Origin: Octopus vulgaris
Lineage: Eukaryota
DNA length: 64,000 bases
Assembly (NCBI GenBank): GCA_951406725.2
Contig: OX597821.1
Coordinates: forward strand, 76,694,001-76,758,000
Direction: 5' to 3'
The notes under the pieces were generated by a model. The model did no database searches and had not been told where the DNA came from. It worked only from the letters and a program-made list of their open reading frames with translations. Position 1 is the first letter of the stretch, and every line of letters begins with the position of its first letter. Below, piece by piece: positions 36,717-47,880 of the stretch. Made by a program: the position numbers and the translations under genes.

Positions 36717-39215
36717 GATATTACGAATGAACCACAATAGTTTCACGTGATCGGTTTATTAAGTAACCAATCAGCGTCAAACCATTGCGTGATTCAGTCT
36801 TCTAGAATCTTCTTGTGCTCTATTAAAGCCCGCTTTTGGCGGTAATTGCAGGTTGTTGAGGCAGCCACATGACACGTGTCTCCTTTCTTACTTCTTATTT
36901 CTTTATTGCCCACAAGGGGCTAAACACAGAGAGGACAAACAAGGACAGACAAGGGGATTAAGTCGATTACATCGACCCAGTGCGTAACTGTTACTTAATT
37001 TATCGACCCCCGAAAGGATGAAAGGCAAAGTTGACCTCGGCGGAATTTGAACTCAGAACGTAAAGACAGACGAAAAACTGCTAAGCATTTTGCCCGGCGC
37101 TCTAACGTTTCTGCCAGCTCGCCGCCTAATGAAATGACACGTGTCTCCTTTCTTGCCACACCGGACGACCCACGTAGATACCTCAAAAATGACCAAGAAC
37201 CACAGTTACTACGCTTATAGCATAATTTTTTTCCAGTTATGTTGGGCAAGCTGCACGTTGCTGTATCTGTAGCTTGTTGTAAACTCTAAGCAGTATATCT
37301 CTTCCAGTATGTAATTATTGCTGTTGTTATCAGTAAAAGGCCAACGCAGTTTGTCTTTACGTGCGATAATAAAATCCTCTGTAAAATATTCGCTGGTGTT
37401 GTTCAACCCAAGAAACATATTTTCATTCATCAAAACAACACTACAGAGACATAATGTGGTCCCAGATGTTTAAAAAGACATGGTGGTTATGGTTCGTTCA
37501 TCTGTTGATCATAGATCTGTTTGCTCGGGGTTGTCTTGGGGCTAAACAGCAATTTTTCTTTTTTGTTTTGGTTTAAAAAAAAACCCTCAGTTTTATTTTT
37601 AATGATATCAATGGTAAGCTAATGGCGGAGGAATTGTGATTAACCTGGTTCCTCGTGTTTGTCGGTTGCCAACGAAACTTTACAGTTGAGAGATGAGAGA
37701 AGCGTTGAAGAAAATATTTCTATGCTATGTTGAGCAGCAGAGGAAAAGGAAGACGAAACGAGAGCGAGCGCGCGTGTGTGAGTGTATGTATGTGGGTCTG
37801 TGTGTGAATACGCATGTACATGTATGTGTATGTATGTGTTTGTGTGATGTATGTGAGAGTGTGTGCGAATGTGATTGTTTGTATGTGCGTGTGAGTGTGT
37901 TTATGTATGTAAGTGTGTTTATGAGTGTTTATATGTTTGTATGTGTGTGAATGAGAGAGAGAGAGTGTGTATACGAGTGTGTGCTTTTGTCTATAGTGTG
38001 ACTTTGTGTGTGCGTGCGTGTGTGGTTGCATTATTTGACTTTGAGAAGCAGAACTATGCTGTTCATACCCTGTTGTTTATTTATATGAACCGGCGATTGT
38101 TTTGAAAACATTTCATTCACAAGAGACTCCATGTCGATGACAGAGAACCTATTTATTGTTTCTTCAATGTTTCCAAAAATTATTTAGCATTCAATTGCGA
38201 ACCCAGTTCCTTGAATTAGAACAAAGAGATTAGAATTGACTTCTTTTAAGCTTGTCGCTTAGTTGTTGTTGTTGCTGTTACTGTTGAGCGTAGCGGTCTT
38301 CGTCCTAGTGGGAGAAGTCCGAAATGCGGTCCTTTGCTATTCGTCAGACCCGCAGAAGAGAAAGCAGGTCAACCCCCGACACCGAGAGCATCGACGGGTG
38401 GATGAATACTCATCCAGGCTCAGCGGTTGCGTAGGAAGTCGGGGACAAGAAACAGGAAGAAAGAGAGAGAGAGAAAGTTGGAGCGAAAGAGTACAACAGG
38501 GGTCGCCACCAACCCCTGCCAGAGACTCGTGGAGCTTTAGGTGTTTTCGCTCAATAAACACACACAACGCCTGGTCTGGGAATCGAAACCGCGATCCTCC
38601 GACCGTGAGTCCGCTGCCCTAACCACTGAGCCATTGCACCTTCACGTTGTTGTTGTTGTTGGTGGTGGTGGTGGTGGTGGTCGTCGTCGTCTGGTGATGG
38701 TGACTGGTTGAGTTGATGAATGAAAATGTTTTCTTGGGCAGCGAATAAGAATAAGTGACCATTCCCCACGAACATTTAACAGAAGATTTTATTATCGCAC
38801 ATAAAGACAAATTGCGTTGGTCTTTTACAGATAACAGCAGCAATAATTACATGTAGGTAAAGAGATACTGCTTGGAATTTATTAAACTATTGATACAGCA
38901 ACCTGTGGCTTGCCCAACATAACATTAGAAACAATTGTGCTCTATTCGTGGCAAAAAAGGTCATCTATCTGCACCATCTGTCGTAGCCGCCTTCATGGGG
39001 TCTCTGGCTGGTAAAAATGCGCACCGTTTGATATGGAAAGAATGGAAACATAACGCTCAGTTGCCTCAACGTTCCGTTATTAATTGCCGCCAAAAGTGGC
39101 CTTTCATAGTGCATAAGGAGAAAATTTTAGAAGATTGAATCATGCGATGGCTTAACGCTGATTGGTTCCTTAATATACTGATCGCGTGAAATTATTGTGG
39201 TTCGGTCGTGATGTC
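36717..39215. repeat. Old long inverted repeat (arms 36717-37433 and 38713-39215)
   Basis: Reverse-complement match over about 150-bp and about 220-bp blocks; left arm interrupted by a SINE with 21-bp TSD. Confidence 0.85.
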
Positions 39216-39289
39216 TGGGGTCAATGAAATAAAGTGACACTCCGACTCCCAATCCTTAACGTTGTTCCCTCTTTGAATGTGACTTCTCC

Positions 39290-39600
39290 GCATTGTGAGG
39301 CCACAGCTCTGGTACAATGGACATGGGATTAGAATCTCATGTACTACCGACATGGGATTGCAGGAAAGAATCGCAAGGCCGATTCTTTACACTGAACCAA
39401 ATGGTAGAAGACTTAAAGGTAGACCAAGAGCGAGATGGTTGGATATCCATAGTTTCAGTTACGCTTGGAAATCCATCCAGAAAGTCAAATGATGATTGCT
39501 TCTTGTAGGACCCTATGAAGGAGGTGCCTGGGTACTCTATCCACCCCACTCGAACCTCCCAGAAAGTGGCCGCAGACTGGTAGATGGACAAAATAAAGTA
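39290..39600 (+). mobile_element. RTE LINE 3' relic
   Basis: GH..R, ERIARPILY, GRRLKGRPRARWLD. Confidence 0.75.
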
Positions 39601-40059
39601 TGAATCTAGGGTAGCCAGAAGCGTAGCTAGAGTGACAGATGCGCGTGGAGCAGTCGCTTTTATGGGGTCGCTACTTTTGAGCCTGCTGTATATACTTGTA
39701 TAGGGTTGGGGTCCCCCCAAAGGGAGGAAAAAGAAATCAAGAGCTACTCTAGGTGGTAAGATTTCTCAAGACCATCTTGACAGGAAGTGCAGAGAGGAAG
39801 AAAGTAAAGGAGCTCTCAAAGACATTTATGGAATGACGACATCAAAGACTGGACTGGGAACACGAGCCTGGCTGATTGTATGCATGCAGCACAACACGAA
39901 GGAAACTGTAGCAAAGAAATACTCGAGTTAATTCTATGTGGAATACTGTGGTGCACCGATGTCTTTAAAGCTGTTTATCTTATTTTATTTATGCAGATTT
40001 TTCAGATAATTTCCTTAGAGGATAGTTTCTAATTTGAATGCGAGTGAGTTAGTCTCCGT

Positions 40060-40380
40060 CCTTGCTCTAGTTGGTCGTTCAACGGAAAAGTGCGGGGAAA
40101 AAGAGCGGATGCAAGGTCAGCGGATAGAGCACAGTTGGAGGCGGTTCGGATAACAGTGTCGGGGTGTCGCCGTTGGGTGAAGTGGCCTACTATGTGTTGG
40201 GACTGTGTCTCAAAGTCACGGTCGTCGGCATAGAGACGGTGGAGACGGAGGAACAGAGAATAAGGGATGGATAGTTTGGTGTGGATGGAAGAAGAAGTTG
40301 AGAGGGGGGTGTGAGGCTGTGGGTTTATAATGGACGGAGATGGTAAGAGAGGAGCTGTGGATGGTAAGAGAAATGACCAG
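40060..40380 (-). mobile_element. Penelope-like element RT C-terminal relic
   Basis: SVHYKPT and HTKLSIPYSLFLRLHRL...DF...HF.QRRHP, typical of the PLE RT thumb region. Confidence 0.75.
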
Positions 40381-40442
40381 ACTTGGAAAAATAAGTAATG
40401 GGGTCGATTTATTTGACTAAACTTTTTAAGGCGGTACCCACG

Positions 40443-40992
40443 CATGCGATTTTTTCCCTCGAGAGTTCCGGACCCCAGTTATGTACTCATTTGCATACAG
40501 CCAACAATCAGAGCTCAACTATTAAACTAATTTATGAGCACATAACAAGTGATGGGCGATAAGGTCACATGGGTAAAGAAGGACCATGCTTCTTTTCTCT
40601 TTTAAGAATGCTTGTTGTTCTTGTTCTTGTTTCAACCATGGCTGCCTCTGCGAAGTTATTTGTGTTGTTGTTTACTTTCTAAAACAACAAGGGGAAAGGG
40701 CTGCTAGCACATCACCCTCTACCCACATTTTCCTATCCACATCTTTACCATATGGGGCCCTAACAAAATCCGATAATAGCTATAGCTGCTAATCTATCTA
40801 ATTACTTGTCTCCTTCTAAAATCAGGCATAACTTGGCGATCGGTCGACTTACAACACCTTTCTTCGTCTAGAGTTTACTTGGTAGAGTGTGTTTGTTAAT
40901 TTGACAATAAGGTCAAGGTGAGCTCTGATTGGCTGTATGCAAATGAGTTCATTACTGGGGTCCGGAGCTCTCGTGGGAAAAAAAATTCGCAT
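40443..40992. mobile_element. MITE with about 75-bp TIRs containing octamer and CCAAT-like motifs, inserted in a SINE tail
   Basis: Arms 40443-40517 and 40919-40992; splits the SINE motif aaggcggtaccca|gcatggccgcag. Confidence 0.8.
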
Positions 40993-41014
40993 CCGCATGG
41001 CCGCAGTGAAATGA

Positions 41015-42976
41015 CTGAAACAAGCAAGAGAGTGATAAAACAACACATTGCTTGCATAACAAATTAACCTACGCATCATCACTATAATACTGTTCTGATT
41101 CTATTTTACTTTAAAAATTCTTTTATCATCATTCGCGTTTTATAGAAAATTCAAATTTCTGTTGTTGAGAAAACGCAAGTCATAAAAACTATAATCAAAA
41201 TGGACACCTTATTAGTTGCAATAATTTTCTTTCAAACTGCTTCAGTTTTATCTTACGCTTCAATATTCTCCACCACTTGGCGAAAATATTTGCGAAAGAT
41301 TCTACGGGTTTATTTTACAATGGTACCTTTTGTTTGTTTCGGAAGCCTTCTAGTAATAACAATTATAGACATATGTTCACAAAAGAAAGTGTTACAAGAT
41401 GTTACCGAAAGCGAAAGTTGGAGCGACGCCGTCGTCAATCGGATCGAACGTTCATTCTGTCAACCGTTCTATGGATCTTTCGTCACTGTATTTGACCGGC
41501 TTCATCTCGATGGTTTGTTTTTTCAAAATCTATTCATTGTAACCTTGTATTTAACGTACATCCAACTTCTGCTTTATCCTGTAATATCGCCAACGTCCAC
41601 TATATGGCAAACACTAGTGCTGTGTTGCATAACTTCAATTTTTGTCAATACCATAGAAATTTTTTTAGCACAACTAGAAAGAAAGTTTTGCAAACCGTCC
41701 TATATGACAACGCTGTTCCATCGTTTCCATGTACTTCACAGTGTGCCGCAATCAACACTTTTCTGTGAGACTTTAAGTAAGGTTAACTTTCCTCTTTCGT
41801 GTAGAAGTTTTTCTTATAGAACTTAGACGGCAGATCATTATTGAACAGAATAATTTTGTATCTTTTGTAAAATTGCCAGCACATAGAAAGACGGAGAAGA
41901 TAACGACAGGATCAAAACGGATTTTGAAACAATCAATAATACAAATACTTGAAGTAAATTTGAAAATCTTTTTTTCATACAACAGCGAATAACCATGAAC
42001 GGTACGACGAACATTTTAACACCAAATAATAAATGATTAAGTGAAATTAACAGCCTTTGTGTGTGTGTGTTTTAAATAGCTATTAAGTGGCTTTCATACA
42101 GCAGTGAGCAAGCAGAATCATTCTCACGCCGGGCAAAAATGCGTAGCGGCACTTAGTAAGTCTTCATGTTCTGTGTTCAAATTCCGCTTAAGTAGATTTT
42201 GCCTTTCATCCTTTCGGGGTCGATGAATTAAGTACCAGCTGAACAATGAGGTCAATGTAATCGACTTACCCCCCCACCCCACCCCACCCCAGAAATTGTT
42301 AGCCTTGTGCCACAATTTGAAATCAATATGTGTCTTTCACGCTGTGATTGTTTTTAGTTTCAACTCACGGGTTCAAATCAGACGACTTTGCTGACAAATG
42401 TCTCTCCAAGCTTTTATTTTATATTTGATTCCATTGATATGATTGAGATGAATGCAGCAGTAGAGCTTGAAGAAAATAGCTTATATAAATATATTTAGAT
42501 ACTTAGATGGGTTTCAGCTACCAAGCCATGGCTATCTAATTAGCATCACCCGGAGAAGGCTTTAAATCATGTATCATGTTACTGTCATACTTTTGGCCAT
42601 CATTGTCAGGTTTTAGTAAAGAGTTATTGTTTGCCGAAGTATATCCAGGTGAAGGAGATTTAGCTGGAATTTTCCGGATAAAATGCTTAATGGCTTTTCC
42701 TCAGGCTTTACGTCCCAAGTTCAAATTCCACTGAGGTCGACTTTGCCTCTCATCCTTTCGAGATCGATAAAAAAAAAAGTACCAGTTGAGCAATGGGGGT
42801 CGATGTAATCGACTTGGCCCCTTCTCCGAAATTTCAAGCTTTGTGTCTATAGTCCGAAAGGATTATTCCACATTCACGAATCGTTTCCCTTATGTGTCTT
42901 GGCATTATGTTCAAGAGGACAGGGCCAGTTGAGGGAAAATATTCATATATATCGAAATTAATAGACATACTGTACT

Positions 42977-43039
<63 letters not shown>

Positions 43040-43191
43040 ATGAAGAAATAAGTGATATAGGTATCCACTTTATACAGCTCAACCGATTGGCGCTCCGACA
43101 GAGCTTCAGGAATATAACAGTATTATAGTGATACGAAGGTTAATTTGTTATGCAAGCAATGTGTTGCTTTATCACTTCTTGCTTGTTTCAG
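41015..43191. repeat. About 78-bp inverted repeat pair (41015-41094 / 43116-43191) flanking the 208-aa ORF
   Basis: ctgaaacaagcaag..gtgataaa.caacacattgcttgcataacaaattaacct..atcactataatactgtt on opposite strands. Confidence 0.88.
41200..41826 (+). CDS. Intronless 208-aa multi-pass membrane protein, possibly remote BAP29/BAP31-like
   Basis: Longest non-repetitive ORF in the window; caaaATGG start context; 3-4 hydrophobic segments; AATAAA at 42028-42033. WRKYLR, IIDICSQKKVLQDVTE and QNLFI loosely recall BAP31 WQKIFK, VIDAVREIRKYDDVTE and RNLYI (by eye). Confidence 0.6.
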   Translation: MDTLLVAIIFFQTASVLSYASIFSTTWRKYLRKILRVYFTMVPFVCFGSLLVITIIDICSQKKVLQDVTESESWSDAVVNRIERSFCQPFYGSFVTVFDRLHLDGLFFQNLFIVTLYLTYIQLLLYPVISPTSTIWQTLVLCCITSIFVNTIEIFLAQLERKFCKPSYMTTLFHRFHVLHSVPQSTLFCETLSKVNFPLSCRSFSYRT

Positions 43192-43589
43192 ACATTTTTA
43201 TATATCATATAGATGAAAGCATCTATGTATGTACTTTGTATACCATGGAGGATTTCGTTTATATGGATTGAATGAATATATATATATATATATATAATAA
43301 TAATATATATATATATATAATAATAAATATTAGGGAATAAATCCAAATTTACAGGAAAAAAATCAGATTTAGGATTAAATCCAATTTTATAGTAAAATAT
43401 TATATAATATTAATTAGAGACAAAACCACTATTTTGCAAAACAAACAAGGAAAGACTTAATCAATACATAAAATTTTAATAAAAATTAAAATTAAAATTA
43501 AATTGTTTGTTTTGCAAAATAGTGGTTTTGTCTCTAATTAATATTATATATATATATATATAGCGCTCTGATAAAACTTCAGGAATATA

Positions 43590-43625
<36 letters not shown>

Positions 43626-45324
43626 CCGCTCCGATAAAGCTTCAGGAATATATATATATATATATATTCAAATGTGTATGTGTGTGTGTGTACTGCAATC
43701 GAAATGGATAACTGCGCAACCTCTTATAGAATCGGTGCTGCATAAGAAAAATTTTGTAAAATAAAAACAAACCAAGGAAAAAGACATACTATGCCAAAAA
43801 AAAAGGGGGTTGGTCACGGCTGGAATGCAACTGATCATAAAATACCCACTTTCAGTACTGACCTGAGGTTAAACAACAACAGCTTTGCAGTGCCAGGCTC
43901 AAGAATATTTTCCCACAAAACCGAAATTAAGAAAGTCTGTGATGTAATGGGAATGTTTAAAGAACAACATCTCCAAAACACTGTCTGGGCTTTCCGCAGT
44001 GTTTACAACAAAGAGACAAATAGATACATTTCTGCCTTCCACCACAACCCTTAGTCACGTATATGAATTGCTTGATGCTTTGCCTTGGTGAAACGTGCTC
44101 GTCACCAGCAACGATTCCTTCACTGGTTCTTGTTTTCTTTTTTTCTTTTTTTTTAATTTCATTTCCAGTTCATTATTCCGCGGACATAAAGGCGGCGAGC
44201 TTGCAGAACCGTTTGCAGGCCGGGAGAAATGCTTAGCGCGTATTTCGTCTGTCTTTATGTTCTGAGTTCAAATTCCACCGAGGTCGACTTTACCTTTCAT
44301 TCTTTCGTGGTCGATGAATTAAGTACCAGTTGCATACTAAGGTCGGTCTAATCGACTGGCTCCCTCCTCCCTAAAAATTTCGGGCCTTGTGCCTAGAGTA
44401 GAAATGAAAAAGGCGGCGAGCTGGTAGAAACGTTAGCACGCCGGACGAAATGCGTAGCCGTATTTCGTCTGCCGTTACGTTCCGATTTCAAATCCCGCCG
44501 AGGTCGACTTTGCCTTTCATCCTTTCGGGGTCGATTAAATAAGTACCAGTAACGCACTGGGGTCAATATAATCGACTTAATCCCTTTGTCTGTTCTTGTT
44601 TGTCCTCTCTATGTTTAGCCCCTTGTGGGAAATAAAGAAAAAAGAATCGTTAGCACGCCGGGCGAAATGCTTAGCAGTATTTCACCCGTCGCTACATTCT
44701 GAGTTCAAATTCCTCCGAGGCTGACTTTGCTTTTCATCCTTTCGGGGTCGATAAACTAAGTACCAGTTAAACACTGGGGTCGATGTAATCGACTAGTCCC
44801 CTTCCCAAAAATTTCAGGCCTTGTGCCTAGAATAGAAAGGATTATTTCACGGATATAAAGGCGGCGAACTGGCAGAATCGTTAGCACACCGGGCGAAATA
44901 CTTGACGGAACGTTGTCCATCTTCAAGTTCTGAGTTCAAATTCTACTAAAGTCAGCTTTGCCTTTTACAATTTCGGGTCGATAAAATAGGTACCAGTTGC
45001 ATACTGGAGTCAATGTAACTGACTTCTCACATCCCCGATCTTGCTGACCTTGTCCCAAAATTTGACATCTTTATTCCACGGACATTAAAGCAGCGAGTTG
45101 GCAGAATCGTTAGCACGCCGGATAAAATGCCGAGCGGCTTTTCGTCCGGCTTTACGTTCTGAGTTCAAATTCCACTGAGGTCGACTTTGCCTTTCATCCT
45201 TTCGGGATCGATAAAAAAAAGTACCAGTTGAGCAATGGGGGTCGATGTAATCAACTTGGCCCCCTTCTCGGAAATTTCAAGCCTCGTGCCTATAGTCAAA
45301 AGGATTATTCCACAGACACTACAG

Positions 45325-45376
<52 letters not shown>

Positions 45377-45860
45377 ACACACACACACTTACACACACAC
45401 ACACACACATTTACACACACACTCACACTCACACACACACAAACACGTGTGTGTGTGGCGTATGTGTATGTATGTGTGTGTGTGTGTGAAGAGGTGCAAG
45501 CTTAGCTGCGTGGTTAAGAAGTTCGCTTGGCAACGGGGTGCTTTCAGGTTCAATCCCACTGAGAGCGCAATTAGGGCAAGTGGCTTCTTTAATAGTCTCG
45601 AACGCACCAGGGTTCTTTGTAGCGAGTGAATTTACTCTAAGAAAACAGTTCTCTCTCTCTCTCTCACTTTCTCTTCCTCCCTCTCTTGCTCTCTCTTTCT
45701 CTGTCTCTGTCTGACTGTCTATCTCTCTCTCCCTTTCTCTATCTCTCTCTTTCTCTCTCTCCTTCTCTCTTTCTCTGTCTATCTTTCTCTGTCTATCTTT
45801 CTCTCCTTCTCTGTCTCTGTCTCTCTCTGTTTCGCTGTATTTCTGTCTGTCTCTCACTCT

Positions 45861-45909
<49 letters not shown>

Positions 45910-46744
45910 CTTCACTTTTTCCATTCATTTCACTTTCTTCTCCATTTTCATTTTGTATACTTTTACCTATTCTTTATATAGTTTCAATTTTATTTTTCTC
46001 CCGCCTTTCCTTTCCGTCTTTATTTTCTGCCTCTGTCACTCACCTTTTGACGAACTGCAGGAGGAGAGATCTTCCGTCTTCACCGTCACCGATGAGGACT
46101 TGACCGAAAATGAATGTATCTGTCCACAGTCCTTTCGACCTCGTCCCCCACTCATCCCCTTTCGACAAGGCCACTAGACAGCACACCGCTTGCTCTTCTT
46201 TGTTACTAAACTTAACCGACGGTCGGAATCGTCCTCCACTCAACAACAGCTGTTCCACATAACGCCAAAAGTCAGCAGCGCTTGGTCACTTCACAAATGC
46301 GTACAGCTTAGTTTCGTCGCCCTGCGCGCATTTCAGACAGTCCCACCTGACAGCACTTCTGAGTAGCTTGTTTCCCAGTTCGAACCTGTATTGAACATAT
46401 TCTGACTGACGATAACATTGTAATTTCGTTTAGCACTGCTTAGCGCTCCCCGCTCCGTAATTTACTACCGGTAGGCCGCCGAATAGCGCTGCCAGTCATC
46501 CTACGGCGACTGGAAAATCATAAAAGATGTAATCTCTTAATTCACTTGGCAGTGCTGTCTGCCTAGTGTCTGTCACTGACGAGGAGATAACTACTCCGAA
46601 TTGTTAACATCTCACAGTCTAGATTAATGGCACTGCGACCTGATCTAAGTGTATACACACCATTTGTCAACAAGCGAGATATACACTCCGTGACAAAACG
46701 CAGTGAGTAGCTTGTTCCTCAGTTCGAACGTGCATCAAGCGTAT

Positions 46745-47060
46745 TCAAACTGATAATAACATTGTCTTGTATACTTTATCTCGAATTAGAGGCGCCCCTC
46801 GGTAACACAGCAAGGCCATGGGTTTCTGGAAATTATCTATGGTAGTTCCCAGGCCATAAGTCCTCCGGAACAAACAGGCTAGTTCGTACTCGTCAACACC
46901 TAGAGTTTCCCCGAAAAAGTTATCGCTCTTACCTACCACAAAATTTCTATACAGAGCTAATAGAGAAGCTCCACCGACCGCATTGTACAACCGGTAGAGA
47001 GCGGTGAGTGCCTGACGACATTTCAGGTGCCAGATGCAAAATTTGGCGCAAGGGCATCGT
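46745..47060 (-). mobile_element. Tx1/L1-clade ORF2 C-terminal relic
   Basis: ALYRNFV...DNFQKPMALLCYRGAPLIRDKVYK, resembling the region before the ORF2 zinc motif. Confidence 0.55.
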
Positions 47061-47114
47061 ATTTTTCTTCTGTGGGAGGTTAGTCAATAACATCAACGTC
47101 AGTACTTAACTGTA

Positions 47115-47500
47115 CAGTGATACCTCGCAGTGCGAGTTTAATTCGTTCCATGATCGAGCTCGTCTTACGATTTACTCGTTTTACAAATCAATTTCCCCCA
47201 TTGAAATTAAGTAAAATATAATTAATCCGTTCTAGCCCCTCAAAACCACTCAAAAATAATTTTTTATGGGTTTTAAAACAGAGAAAAGTGTAGTTACAAG
47301 TAAAATGATAATTATAAAAAAGAGAATGCAAAAGAAATATGTAAACTGGTTTTATTAACTGAATTATCTTAATGACGGGACGATTTGTGAGCTCGTAAGG
47401 CGAATTTCTGCTCGTACTTCAAGACAAAAATTCGCACGAGTCTCGGCTCGTACAGCAAATTACTCGTATAATGGGGTACTCGAACCGAGAGGTTCTACTG
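47115..47500. mobile_element. Tigger/pogo-type MITE
   Basis: cagtgatacctcg... / ...gagaggttctactg, TA flanks, inserted in a SINE. Confidence 0.8.
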
Positions 47501-47649
47501 TATTTTATTTTATCAACTTCGAAAGGATGAAAGACTAAGTTGACCTCGGTGATATTTGAGCTCAGAACTTAAAAAGCTGGAAGAAAAGCCGTTAAGCATT
47601 TTGTTCCGACGGGTTAACGATTTTGCCAGCTTGCCGCTTAAGTGGGTAG

Positions 47650-47822
47650 AACATACTCAGAAAACTGCTCTATTGGGGACAGCGAGGGTTTTGAGATTGA
47701 CACTTGGCTGTTAAGTATCGTGGAAAGAAACTCTAAGAGACCTTTGAGAACAGGTTGCTGTCCGCTCTTACAAAAAATTTACCAGGACAAGTAAAATCGA
47801 GAGCTTTGAGAAATAAAACGGA

Positions 47823-47880
<58 letters not shown>

